This document shows positions 1 to 8,640 of a stretch of 64,000 nucleotides of DNA, one piece after another. This DNA is from an uncultured virus (IMG/VR IMGVR_UViG_3300030103_000980) (taxonomy: Duplodnaviria; Heunggongvirae; Uroviricota; Caudoviricetes). The translations under genes and the position numbers were made by a program. The notes under the pieces are model-generated. The model did no database searches, was not told the origin of the DNA, and saw nothing but the letters and a program-made list of their open reading frames with translations. Positions within the stretch are counted from its first letter, which is position 1; every line of letters begins with the position of its first letter. The stretch is from IMG/VR virus record IMGVR_UViG_3300030103_000980; one strand, given 5' to 3'.

Positions 1-396
1 TTCCCTCATAAGGTTTTGATCCACGGCATCCATTTGTGTGCGGGTCTGCTCCCGGAAGTATTCAGTTCGTTCTTCTACCGTTTCTTCTGGGATTCGTGCC
101 AACATTAGGCCACCAACCCCAATAACACCTGCGTGTTGACCATCCTCAATCGTTGGGTATCGACCCTTTAACTCAGGATATTCGTCAGCACGAACAGGTT
201 CCCATCCTTCCCGCAACCTAGCGGATACGTTCATTGTGTCGTCTTCCCCCCGAATAGAGGTACGAATCCAACGATGTGAGTATCCTGCTGGTGGCTCTGG
301 AGCCTCTAGCTTGGAAGGTGGTGTCCACGGCTTACGCCTTGTGGACTTTGCACGAGTTTGTGAGTCCCGTGAAACTCTTTTTGTTGAATCAGCCAT
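1..396 (-). CDS. Conserved head-region protein, partial (3' end outside window); homologue of 58404..58871
   Basis: ATG at 396; near-identical to the N-terminal part of the 155-aa protein at 58404..58871. Confidence 0.85.
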   Translation of the reverse strand, partial: MADSTKRVSRDSQTRAKSTRRKPWTPPSKLEAPEPPAGYSHRWIRTSIRGEDDTMNVSARLREGWEPVRADEYPELKGRYPTIEDGQHAGVIGVGGLMLARIPEETVEERTEYFREQTRTQMDAVDQNLMRE

Positions 397-401
397 CTGT
401 C

Positions 402-1304
402 TTACTCCTTAACATACTTAGCGTATTCTTCGAGCGGAACATTCAACCGCTTTGCTATCGCTATCTGCGATGGAGTCAGCTTGACTGTTCTGCGCCCCTT
501 AGTTGACTTCGACCGTGAGGCCGTGGACTCAGCAGAAGCGACTCTGGGTCCTGTATCGCCCTTAGTAGGAGCCGCAAACTTGTGCGGAAACTCTTTCTTC
601 ATGCGATTGTCAAGTTCATTATAGTACTCATCGGACTGCGGGTCAAATCCTTCGTCCTCAATTAATTGCCTATGTAAGCCAAAAGCAGCATATGTCATGG
701 TCTGATCTGAACCAAACCACTCATTCTTTTGTGCCCACGCCTCTGCCTTTGGGTCGGGTTGTTGAGGCTGTGGTGGTGGTGCGGCGGGTTGCTGCGGTTG
801 CTGCGCTGGTTCCTCAGACTTACGTTCTTGACGTTGTTTAGCCTGTTCTAGCTGTGCTTGGTCTAATGCCAAACGACTTAAGTTTTTTTGCGCTTCAAAC
901 ATGGCTTCAGAATCACCGTCATCGTAAGCTTTCTGATAAGCCTGTTTTGCAGATTCAATTTGAGAATCAACTCTTGTGCCAAACTCTGATGTGTAAGACT
1001 GGTCTAATGCATCAAGACGCTGTTTAAGTTCGTCATTCTGTTTCTTCACAGCTTCAGCAAACTCAACTGCTGCTACGCGCTGTGCTTCTTCATCACGATA
1101 CTTTTTTGTTAGTTTGCTAATTCGCTGTTGAACATTCTTAGAATACTCCTGAAGCTCGTCTTCATTAGCAGCTTGCGGCTGCTCCTGCTCCTGCTCTTCA
1201 GGTTGTTCTTCGGCAGCTTGCGGCTGCTCCTGCTCTTCAACTTCTTCTTCTTCTAATACAATTTCTTTTTCTTCAGCTTCTTGCTGCAATGCGTCGGTGG
1301 ACAT
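402..1304 (-). CDS. Putative capsid scaffolding protein (copy 1)
   Basis: Acidic coiled coil with C-terminal LTPSQIAIAKRLNVPLEEYAK; copy 2 lies upstream of the capsid genes. Confidence 0.75.
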   Translation of the reverse strand: MSTDALQQEAEEKEIVLEEEEVEEQEQPQAAEEQPEEQEQEQPQAANEDELQEYSKNVQQRISKLTKKYRDEEAQRVAAVEFAEAVKKQNDELKQRLDALDQSYTSEFGTRVDSQIESAKQAYQKAYDDGDSEAMFEAQKNLSRLALDQAQLEQAKQRQERKSEEPAQQPQQPAAPPPQPQQPDPKAEAWAQKNEWFGSDQTMTYAAFGLHRQLIEDEGFDPQSDEYYNELDNRMKKEFPHKFAAPTKGDTGPRVASAESTASRSKSTKGRRTVKLTPSQIAIAKRLNVPLEEYAKYVKE

Positions 1305-1729
1305 TATGCCGCTCCATACGTTTTAATATCGTCAGGGTCAACGATGGTTGCAATGACTTCATCGTCATTGATAATTCTCACTTCGCCGCCCTCGATCTGG
1401 AATCGAGAACCAGCGTAGCGTCCAATACACACCCAATCACCTTCTTTGCACCAGGCTTCACCACCAAACTTATCTGGATCTTGATATGCCAACGGGCCTA
1501 CCTTAACCACATAAGCTACGACAGTAGCACGAGCCTCGCGCTCTCTTGATTGATCAGGAACGTAAATCCCACTATCAGTTTTCTCACGACCCATATACGG
1601 CATGACAAGGATACGCCATCCGGTAGGCTGTGGTATTCTTTCTGTAAGGGATTTTTCTTTTGCGGCCTTCTCGGCCTTTGCTTTTGCTTCGCGTTGCGCG
1701 AGAACATACTCAGGTACTATCAACGTCAT
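1304..1729 (-). CDS. groES: Co-chaperonin GroES (copy 1)
   Basis: PTGWRILV...KTDSGIY...VVKVGPLAY...KEGDWV...YAG...RIINDDEVIA is the Cpn10 pattern. Confidence 0.92.
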   Translation of the reverse strand: MTLIVPEYVLAQREAKAKAEKAAKEKSLTERIPQPTGWRILVMPYMGREKTDSGIYVPDQSREREARATVVAYVVKVGPLAYQDPDKFGGEAWCKEGDWVCIGRYAGSRFQIEGGEVRIINDDEVIATIVDPDDIKTYGAA

Positions 1730-1919
1730 TGATATACTTTGCCTTTGTCAGCAGGGTCTTCAGTTCATCAAGAGCAAAGGTGACACCCTGTATTTCACCA
1801 ACTCTTGCGCGGTAGTCCTCAATATCTGTTATACTACCACTGGTTATAGAAACACTAATGTCTTCTACACGATTATTCAAGACTTTTTGATACTTTGTTA
1901 TAAAATCTACGATATCCAC
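1710..1919 (-). CDS. Conserved small phage protein
   Basis: 69 aa, YRARVGEIQG motif, conserved in copy 2 (60182..60391). Confidence 0.8.
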   Translation of the reverse strand: MDIVDFITKYQKVLNNRVEDISVSITSGSITDIEDYRARVGEIQGVTFALDELKTLLTKAKYINDVDST

Positions 1920-1921
1920 AT

Positions 1922-2071
1922 CTATTCTCGTTCATTTAACTTTCTTTTACCGTCTTGCCACCACTTAATTCTTTCTTTGATGGCCTCCTCCTCACAGTAA
2001 CCACACAAATGTATTAGCCTGTCGTAACTATCATACGAGCAGTTTTCACATTTATTATTCGTGTTCTCCAC
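1922..2071 (-). CDS. Small Cys-rich (CxxC..CxxC) protein, GTG start
   Basis: Hand-translated 49 aa with CENC and CGYC, GAGGA upstream; conserved at 60394..60543. Confidence 0.65.
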   Translation of the reverse strand: MENTNNKCENCSYDSYDRLIHLCGYCEEEAIKERIKWWQDGKRKLNERE

Positions 2072-2339
2072 CAGTTCCTCTGCCTAAGCCACCAAAATAT
2101 TGAGGTTTGCGTTTTGCTGTTTCAAACGTACCAAGTGTGATGAAAATTCCTGCAATCAGTAAAGCATGAATACTAGCCGAAACACCAAACACGGTTATGC
2201 TTCCTACATACATAGAAAAGATAATGCACCACATCCACGCAAGAACTTGCATGACCATGTGACGTGTGTTTATGTCAGGAATGTGGCGTAATGGATTCTT
2301 TTCAGAATCCATTATCAGTGCCCAAGTTTGTTTTATCAT
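2055..2339 (-). CDS. Small membrane protein
   Basis: NPLRHIPD...MQVLAWMWCIIF with two hydrophobic helices; conserved in copy 2. Confidence 0.8.
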   Translation of the reverse strand: MIKQTWALIMDSEKNPLRHIPDINTRHMVMQVLAWMWCIIFSMYVGSITVFGVSASIHALLIAGIFITLGTFETAKRKPQYFGGLGRGTGGEHE

Positions 2340-2810
2340 TTATGCAGCTTCTGTTATTGGACCGCCCGATACCCATGCGTTACAAACGCGCATTGACGCG
2401 CACTTGAATTTTATAAACTGACAATAGCCGATATCTCCAGCATCAACAGATGCGTATGGGTCTGCTCCGTCTTCAAAACCAATGCCTTTTGCAATACAGT
2501 CTTTTATTCGTGGAGTGACGTTGAACGCAGCACAGTTGCCGCATCTGCTATCTTTTGCAGCCTCAATATCAGTGTTAAATGTATCCGCTATCTTTTGCCA
2601 GAACGAATCGTTCTTGCCACTGTCATCTAGGTTTGGATTCAACGGTCCGTAACCATACTCATCAATAGCTTTTTGTCTGTTCTCAAGATTTAAGTCTAAG
2701 TCCTGTGTAGCAGCAGGACACTCCCCTTCCATCTTGTCTACAGGTATACCATCCTGAATTTCTTTTCCAAGGTCTAAACCGTCAGGTATTATTTTTATTT
2801 CTATTCTCAT
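2340..2810 (-). CDS. Conserved Cys-rich protein, possible metal/Fe-S binding
   Basis: CGNCAAF...GYC...KC...CNAW; nearly identical in copy 2. Confidence 0.8.
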   Translation of the reverse strand: MRIEIKIIPDGLDLGKEIQDGIPVDKMEGECPAATQDLDLNLENRQKAIDEYGYGPLNPNLDDSGKNDSFWQKIADTFNTDIEAAKDSRCGNCAAFNVTPRIKDCIAKGIGFEDGADPYASVDAGDIGYCQFIKFKCASMRVCNAWVSGGPITEAA

Positions 2811-3808
2811 CTTATTCCTTTTCTCATATCCAACTGATTAAGTAAAACATTTCCTCTTGCGGCGGGTCCTAATTCCATTTTAGCAAAAGGTGGCGCACCC
2901 GAAGTGATAGTTGTTACATTAGGTGTAAATACTTCAGGTTCGGCAAATAATTCAGGATAAGCGTTTGTAATAGACCCCGGCATTGTTAAAAAATCTTGCA
3001 TAGCAGTAGGCACAGACTCCTGCTGTGTTCTAGCAACAATATCCGCTCTTGACTCACCTCTTGGCGCGGACACAGAAGCAACCATGTCATCTGCCACAGG
3101 GTCTTTCAAAACACTTGTTATACCTTGACGCGCTCTGTCTACAAGAGAAGCTGCGGTGTCTTTAGCCTGTCCCACCGCTCTACCTACTGTTTCTGGCTCT
3201 GGTTGAAGCAAGCCACCAAAGCCACCTAAAAACTGTTCTAACAGTCCGCCTTCAGGTTGTTCGTATCCTTCAGGTAGATAACCTTCAGGAGCATATACTG
3301 TACGCCCCGCTCTTTCCAGCATACCGCCACCAGGAACTATCATGCTGGTTAGCAAACCACCAACACCTTCTGTAAAAGTCTGTGGTCGGACTCCAGCGGT
3401 GCGCGGCCCAGCTATAGTCATCTCACCTTCTGCGCCGCCAAACAGTTTACCAAACCCACGATCTACTGCCATCTGTGGATTGTTGAAGCGTTGTTCCGCT
3501 AGACCACCTAGTTTATTCAATGTGTTCTGCGGGATTATGTTCTGATAACTTACGTTTTTTGCTCCAAATATTCTTGAAAAGAAACTGTTTGGGTAGGGGT
3601 TTGTTACATTACCTGTGGCTTTGTCACGAATAACACCTTGGATAAACTGCCTACCACTGTCGCTGTCGCTGTCACCGCCGTCATCGCTGCTAGTGGATAT
3701 ATTACTGCTGCCGCTACTACCACTAAAGTTAAACCCACCACCTAATGTGGAACCTGAACCACCACTGGCGGCTTGCTCTGCAAGTTCAGCTTCGTAAGGA
3801 TCAACCAT
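2807..3808 (-). CDS. Gly/Ser-rich putative virion protein (copy 1)
   Basis: 333 aa; central part conserved with 61279..62592. Confidence 0.75.
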   Translation of the reverse strand: MVDPYEAELAEQAASGGSGSTLGGGFNFSGSSGSSNISTSSDDGGDSDSDSGRQFIQGVIRDKATGNVTNPYPNSFFSRIFGAKNVSYQNIIPQNTLNKLGGLAEQRFNNPQMAVDRGFGKLFGGAEGEMTIAGPRTAGVRPQTFTEGVGGLLTSMIVPGGGMLERAGRTVYAPEGYLPEGYEQPEGGLLEQFLGGFGGLLQPEPETVGRAVGQAKDTAASLVDRARQGITSVLKDPVADDMVASVSAPRGESRADIVARTQQESVPTAMQDFLTMPGSITNAYPELFAEPEVFTPNVTTITSGAPPFAKMELGPAARGNVLLNQLDMRKGIR

Positions 3809-4287
3809 TATCTCAACTTCGTTGCTCTAGGGTTACCCATGTAGGCTCGGCCCATGCCACGGACAAAAGCACCGTCAGCGGCTTTGATAACCTTTTTATC
3901 ATCACCACGACGTTTTAGTTTAGCTTCCTGTCTTGGAGCGGTCCGCATATACTCTTCTAATTTTTCTTCATTTTCTAACGCTTCTTCGTATGCGTCACGA
4001 TCAAAGGGCACCATTTCATTCAAGTCGCCACGTTTAGGACGAGGAATTGGTCCGGTAACTGACTTACCTTTTTTAGCTTTCAACTTCATGTTTGTGTCCT
4101 CATTTGCAATGCGGTCGGCTTCTTTTGCTGCGTCTGTAAAATCGTCTACGCGTTTGTTAGCGCGTTCACGCATCCTATCTAAAACGTCTTTACCAGAATC
4201 TTTCTTTTTTCTACTAGCCATAACTAACTTCTTTGCTTCGTTGTATGGAATGCCAAGGTCATCGGCAAATTGTTTAATCCGTGTCAT
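3808..4287 (-). CDS. Basic putative virion/core protein (copy 1)
   Basis: 159 aa, C-terminal VRGMGRAYMGNPR; homologue at 62592..63092. Confidence 0.8.
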   Translation of the reverse strand: MTRIKQFADDLGIPYNEAKKLVMASRKKKDSGKDVLDRMRERANKRVDDFTDAAKEADRIANEDTNMKLKAKKGKSVTGPIPRPKRGDLNEMVPFDRDAYEEALENEEKLEEYMRTAPRQEAKLKRRGDDKKVIKAADGAFVRGMGRAYMGNPRATKLR

Positions 4288-4311
4288 GGTCCTATCCTAC
4301 ACTATTTTTTT

Positions 4312-4530
4312 CTAATCAACTAGCTTTACAATATACTCTTTGCCATCGATGCCAACAGCCACCTCAACCTGACGTTTCTCACACGAATAACGTGTGTCTT
4401 TTCTGTCCTTCCAGCCGTTGCGTTCTATCTGACGTTTCATCTTCAAACACTCAGACATGTTCATAGGCCCGGTGTGCTCTATAATACCACCGCTTAGATA
4501 CAGCAACAATGTCATTGTTTTAGTGATCAC
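4312..4530 (-). CDS. Small hypothetical protein
   Basis: 72 aa; conserved at 63117..63335. Confidence 0.75.
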   Translation of the reverse strand: MITKTMTLLLYLSGGIIEHTGPMNMSECLKMKRQIERNGWKDRKDTRYSCEKRQVEVAVGIDGKEYIVKLVD

Positions 4531-4915
4531 CGTTTCGCAACTTCTCTAAATTCTGTTCAAGGTTACTTATGCGCTTTTCATAAAAGTCTAGCGTGAGCTT
4601 CTGCTGCTGGTCATGCGGTGCTCGGCCCTCGTCTATCTGCTTAGATAGTTCATCAAGTTGCTGGGCAAGGTGTTCTATCAACATAAACTGTTCTGAGTCT
4701 GCTGGCAGGCTACCCATTTCACCACGGGGCCATTTAATGCGAAATTCTGTGTTATGCTCCAAATCAGATTTCATCATCGTGATGTTGGTCTCGATGGTAT
4801 TTAATCTTTCGATAATCGAAAAATAGGCAAAAGTTGCTAAAGATGCAGCAGCAACCATAGAAATGATATTACGAAGTGGCAGTGCTACTTCCGTATTTTC
4901 ACTCAGTTTGGGCAT
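4520..4915 (-). CDS. Membrane-anchored coiled-coil protein
   Basis: N-terminal hydrophobic helix then coiled coil; conserved at 63325..63720. Confidence 0.8.
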   Translation of the reverse strand: MPKLSENTEVALPLRNIISMVAAASLATFAYFSIIERLNTIETNITMMKSDLEHNTEFRIKWPRGEMGSLPADSEQFMLIEHLAQQLDELSKQIDEGRAPHDQQQKLTLDFYEKRISNLEQNLEKLRNGDH

Positions 4916-5122
4916 TTAGCTCTTCTCGTGGTTGAGCCAAACGGCAAAAGCACCAGCTAAAACGCCCGTTACGACACTAACTAGGGCCGCCTGTTGAGCA
5001 GTAGGGTCTGGCAATTCCATGAACCACTCCACTACCCGCCAAGCGGATATTGACATCCCAATCATCATCAAGCGGGGTAGTATCTTCCACTTGAGAAATC
5101 TTTCCATTGTTATCTCTGCCAC
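4916..5122 (-). CDS. Two-TM membrane protein (GTG start), possibly lysis-related
   Basis: Aligns with the 68-aa ATG-start homologue at 63721..63927, which fixes the start at 5122. Confidence 0.75.
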   Translation of the reverse strand: MAEITMERFLKWKILPRLMMIGMSISAWRVVEWFMELPDPTAQQAALVSVVTGVLAGAFAVWLNHEKS

Positions 5123-5173
5123 GATTCTTTCTCGCCTGTTCTTCTGTTGTACGTTGTGAATGATCAAATACCA

Positions 5174-5554
5174 TTACTTCTTCCTGAACTTGTCCAGTCC
5201 TTTTATTCCTAGTGCGGCACTGCACACAAGGAAAACCAAATATTGATACCAGTCCGGCAGTTCATTCAAGCGATCAAAGCCATTCTTGACTACCTGTTCC
5301 ATGCCCGGAATGAAAACTAAAATCACGGGAATTAGGATAATCACCGTGACTATTTCATCCTTAATGGACGATTTTGTAGACTCAGCCATAATCAACTCCC
5401 ACTTACTGTCGTGGGTAGCTGCTGTCTTCATTATCTCCGCTTTCGCTTCCGCCTCAGTTTGCGCAAGAGTTGCTTTCGCTTTTTGCTTGGAAACTTGCCC
5501 CTCAACAAACGATCCAGCCAGTGAAGCAATGGGTCCAATAAGAGCCTGAAACAT
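5174..5554 (-). CDS. Putative holin (3TM-holin-like)
   Basis: Amphipathic N-terminus, two hydrophobic helices, basic C-terminus GLDKFRKK. Confidence 0.6.
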   Translation of the reverse strand: MFQALIGPIASLAGSFVEGQVSKQKAKATLAQTEAEAKAEIMKTAATHDSKWELIMAESTKSSIKDEIVTVIILIPVILVFIPGMEQVVKNGFDRLNELPDWYQYLVFLVCSAALGIKGLDKFRKK

Positions 5555-5555
5555 A

Positions 5556-7856
5556 TCATTGAGTCCTCTTCAAATCAGCTTGTGTGTCGATACGATACAC
5601 GTTAACAAGGTTACGGTCTTCCGCAATCTGTTCCTGTAAGTTCTGACGCTGCTGCGCTAACTCATACGCCTGCATCAACCGAGCCTGATCGATCTGGAAG
5701 TCCATCGCATCGTTCATCGCCTTGCGCTGAATCTCCTGCGTATCGTTCTGTAACTCCTGCTGACGAATAGCAACAAGCGGATCAGGCTGTTGTGGTGGTG
5801 TCAGTAGCGGTGCTAACTGTTCTGTTGTGTCAGCAATCTGTTGCGCGACTGCTGCTTCTAATGCGTCAGGATTAATCTGAGGCATAGGCTCACCAGCCTG
5901 CTGTGCTGCCTGCATGAACATATCTTGCACCAAATCACGAGCATGCATAGCTACATGCTGCTGAACGTGAGACTGCAACATCATAAACGCTTGTGGGTTA
6001 GAAGCTGTAGCTGGTTGTTGCAACATGGCTGCATGAACACGAATATGTGCAATGTGATCCTGTTGCGGAAACGCCTGAACCATCTGACCGGAAAGCACGT
6101 TTGCATTTTCCATGCCGGGGTCCACAGGTTGTGGCGGCTGTGGCGGCGGCAGGATGCTGTCAATGTTCTTAATATCCAGCGCGTCATACATACGACGATA
6201 AGCCTCGTACATATTGTGCATCTGCGGTGCAGCCTGTGCCAACTGAAGCTGTGTCTGTGCCAGCGACAGTCGTTGCGCCATAGAAAAGATCGACGGGTCG
6301 GATACTGGGAGAACGTCTACCCGCCCGTCGAAGTCCTGCGCCATTATTTCGGGCGGGACATTCGGGCCAATCATGTACGGATAAGGTACAGGATTAAGTG
6401 CAAATATTTCTGACAGTAATCTAAATTCGTTTTTCTGTGCGTAATGCAGCCGCTTGTGGATGCTGCTGATTACTTTTGAGCCTTGCTCGATGAGAGCCAC
6501 TGTTGTGCCGACTGGAGCATTTGAATTAACGTCAGCGACCTTTGAGTCTGCCACTTGTGCAAATCTTCTNNNNNNNNNNCCAGGAGCGTCAAGATCGCGG
6601 AACTCACCAGGATTAACAGGCTCATCGTCATTGCGAATGCGAACACCACGAGCCTTGAAACCGCCTGGTAGATTTGAGAGAGTTCCAGCATCAATAAGCT
6701 GGCGTAGTATTGAAGTTGCTGCACGAGACAGCCCTCCTATCATATGAAGTAAGCCAAAACCATAAAAGCCAAAACCAGGCAGAAACTTATAATGAACAAA
6801 GTACTGACGCTTACGCCGAAGCATGTCCGTCTCACGCCAGTTGCGAACAACCGACAAAATCTGTCCAGACCCTTCGTCCATTGTGACGATGTAAGGCAGC
6901 TTGATACCTGTCGCCTCACCCATCGCATCCATATCCTCAAATCCCTCAAGGTCCAAGTCCACATGGATTTCATGGATTGTAAACATCTCATCAGAGTAAC
7001 CCGGACGGAGACCCTGGATATCGTCAGACTTACCCCGTATTGTTGAATCAGTCTCTTCATCTTCAGTAGCTGAGAGTGATACGTCACGATATATACCTCC
7101 TACTTGTAGCTTTCGGATATCGTTCTCGCTCATGCGAACTACATGTGTGTACCGCTCGGCAGTCTGTAAATCTGTCGCGCTGTACGGCACAATCAAATCT
7201 TCCGCAGGCACAAACTTCGACACTGCCCTCTGTCTCATCGGGTCGAAGTATACCTTTTTGAACGTCGAACCTGTAATTGGCAAATAGAAAAGCATCTGGT
7301 CTGTGTCCAGATCATACTCTTCCATCACCTCTGTAACCTGATAATTCATGAAGTCCTTGACCCGCTGGGCCTGATCTTCAACTTCTTTGGATTGCTGCCC
7401 TATAATCTGTGTCTTTACAGGACCACCCGGCGGCAGCATTTCCTTGTATGCCTGTGCCTGAAACTGTGTAACCGCCTCCGACAACAGCGGATGTGTCACA
7501 CCAGACGCACCCATGAACGGTTCATTCCGCTCTTCATAGTTGATACCCAACAGTGTCAGACCCTTGGCAATAGCTTCTTCCCAGTCTTCACGGGAAGACT
7601 GATCTTCATCAACCTTGCCACCAAGGTCCGAGGACAAAGATCCAAGGATGGAGTCATCTAACACTTCAGCCAAGTTTGCATTGTGGTCGTAGACTTCAGC
7701 CTCGACCTCAACCATTTCCTCGTCTCCAGCAATCATAATGCCTTCAGGAAGGTCATCCATTAGTGGAAGTTGGACCTCGGTCATTTGTTCTTCTGCGGAC
7801 ATGCCGGGGCCACCTGCACCCATTGCAGCTTCTACTAATCTAGGGGGTAATGCCAT
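5556..7856 (-). CDS. Portal protein (P22-like), interrupted by an assembly gap
   Basis: HPLLSEAVTQFQAQAYKE, GSTFKKVYFD, GFYGFGL...LRQLIDAGTLSN, Q-rich tail; downstream of terL. Confidence 0.9.
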   Translation of the reverse strand: MALPPRLVEAAMGAGGPGMSAEEQMTEVQLPLMDDLPEGIMIAGDEEMVEVEAEVYDHNANLAEVLDDSILGSLSSDLGGKVDEDQSSREDWEEAIAKGLTLLGINYEERNEPFMGASGVTHPLLSEAVTQFQAQAYKEMLPPGGPVKTQIIGQQSKEVEDQAQRVKDFMNYQVTEVMEEYDLDTDQMLFYLPITGSTFKKVYFDPMRQRAVSKFVPAEDLIVPYSATDLQTAERYTHVVRMSENDIRKLQVGGIYRDVSLSATEDEETDSTIRGKSDDIQGLRPGYSDEMFTIHEIHVDLDLEGFEDMDAMGEATGIKLPYIVTMDEGSGQILSVVRNWRETDMLRRKRQYFVHYKFLPGFGFYGFGLLHMIGGLSRAATSILRQLIDAGTLSNLPGGFKARGVRIRNDDEPVNPGEFRDLDAPXXXXRRFAQVADSKVADVNSNAPVGTTVALIEQGSKVISSIHKRLHYAQKNEFRLLSEIFALNPVPYPYMIGPNVPPEIMAQDFDGRVDVLPVSDPSIFSMAQRLSLAQTQLQLAQAAPQMHNMYEAYRRMYDALDIKNIDSILPPPQPPQPVDPGMENANVLSGQMVQAFPQQDHIAHIRVHAAMLQQPATASNPQAFMMLQSHVQQHVAMHARDLVQDMFMQAAQQAGEPMPQINPDALEAAVAQQIADTTEQLAPLLTPPQQPDPLVAIRQQELQNDTQEIQRKAMNDAMDFQIDQARLMQAYELAQQRQNLQEQIAEDRNLVNVYRIDTQADLKRTQ
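6570..6579. other. Scaffold gap (10 N)
   Basis: Run of ten N characters. Confidence 1.
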
Positions 7857-8113
7857 TAGAATGTTCCTTTGAATGTGCCACCGCGTTTCTTCATAACCGC
7901 ACCGCCGTTTTTCATTTTCTCAACTTTTTTTCTTCTGCGAAGAGTTTGTTCAAGATCTGGGTCAAGATAAAGCGTAGTATCACCGCTTTTTAAACGTCTT
8001 GACTGCAAAAACAAAGCATCAGCGTCAGGAGCGTCTCCTAGTTTACCGCCCCTGTCTTTTAACTGAGGACCCTTGTATTTTTTTCGTATAATTTTTGGGG
8101 CTTTTCTAGTCAC
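7856..8113 (-). CDS. Small basic protein ending GGAVMKKRGGTFKGTF
   Basis: 85 aa, stop overlaps portal start. Confidence 0.8.
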   Translation of the reverse strand: MTRKAPKIIRKKYKGPQLKDRGGKLGDAPDADALFLQSRRLKSGDTTLYLDPDLEQTLRRRKKVEKMKNGGAVMKKRGGTFKGTF

Positions 8114-8640
8114 TAAAATGTCCCTTTGAATGTGCCGCCGCGAGATTTCATTACAGCCCCGCCACGTTTTTTAACTAAACGTGGACCCGGACGAATATCA
8201 ATAACACCATCTTCATTTGATGTGCCACCACCAGCACCCTTAATACTTGTAAGTTTTTTTCGGGTTTTTCTTTTTGACTTCTCGCGTTTTTCTTTTTCTT
8301 TTTGTGCTTGTTTCTGTTGATACTCTGCTCTGTTTCTAGCAGCTTTTCTGTTTATGACATCATCACTTACTTCTTTGGTAAGTAGATCTGCTTTGCCTTT
8401 TTTGTCAGCGTTGGCGTAGTCAATCGGTAAACCTTGACTTAAATTAAATTTAACTTTCCCAGATGCCTTGAAGTCTAACCTGGCAGAGTCACTAGGAGTA
8501 ACATAGTGTAAGCCTTTGGCATCTACTCCTGTGCTTTTTGTCGTAACGGTTTTTCCGTCAGGAGTTTTTGCGGTCATTGTAATTCTTTTTTCGTTATAGA
8601 CCTTGCGAACACGCTTTCCATCTATTGTATATTCAGACAT
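8113..8640 (-). CDS. Basic protein ending GGAVMKSRGGTFKGTF
   Basis: 175 aa, coupled at both ends. Confidence 0.8.
   Translation of the reverse strand: MSEYTIDGKRVRKVYNEKRITMTAKTPDGKTVTTKSTGVDAKGLHYVTPSDSARLDFKASGKVKFNLSQGLPIDYANADKKGKADLLTKEVSDDVINRKAARNRAEYQQKQAQKEKEKREKSKRKTRKKLTSIKGAGGGTSNEDGVIDIRPGPRLVKKRGGAVMKSRGGTFKGTF

Larger units (their letters stand above)
1..5225. repeat. Diverged direct repeat, copy 1 (homologous to 58476..64000)
   Basis: Window start ttccctcataaggttttgatccacgg recurs at 58476; same genes in same order with many substitutions and indels. Confidence 0.97.

Noticed and set aside
1157..1240. Local duplication in the scaffold gene (QEQPQAA twice)
   Set aside because: Slippage in a low-complexity acidic linker; absent from copy 2
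6570..6579. Intron, intein or frameshift in the portal gene
   Set aside because: It is a 10-N placeholder gap of unknown true length
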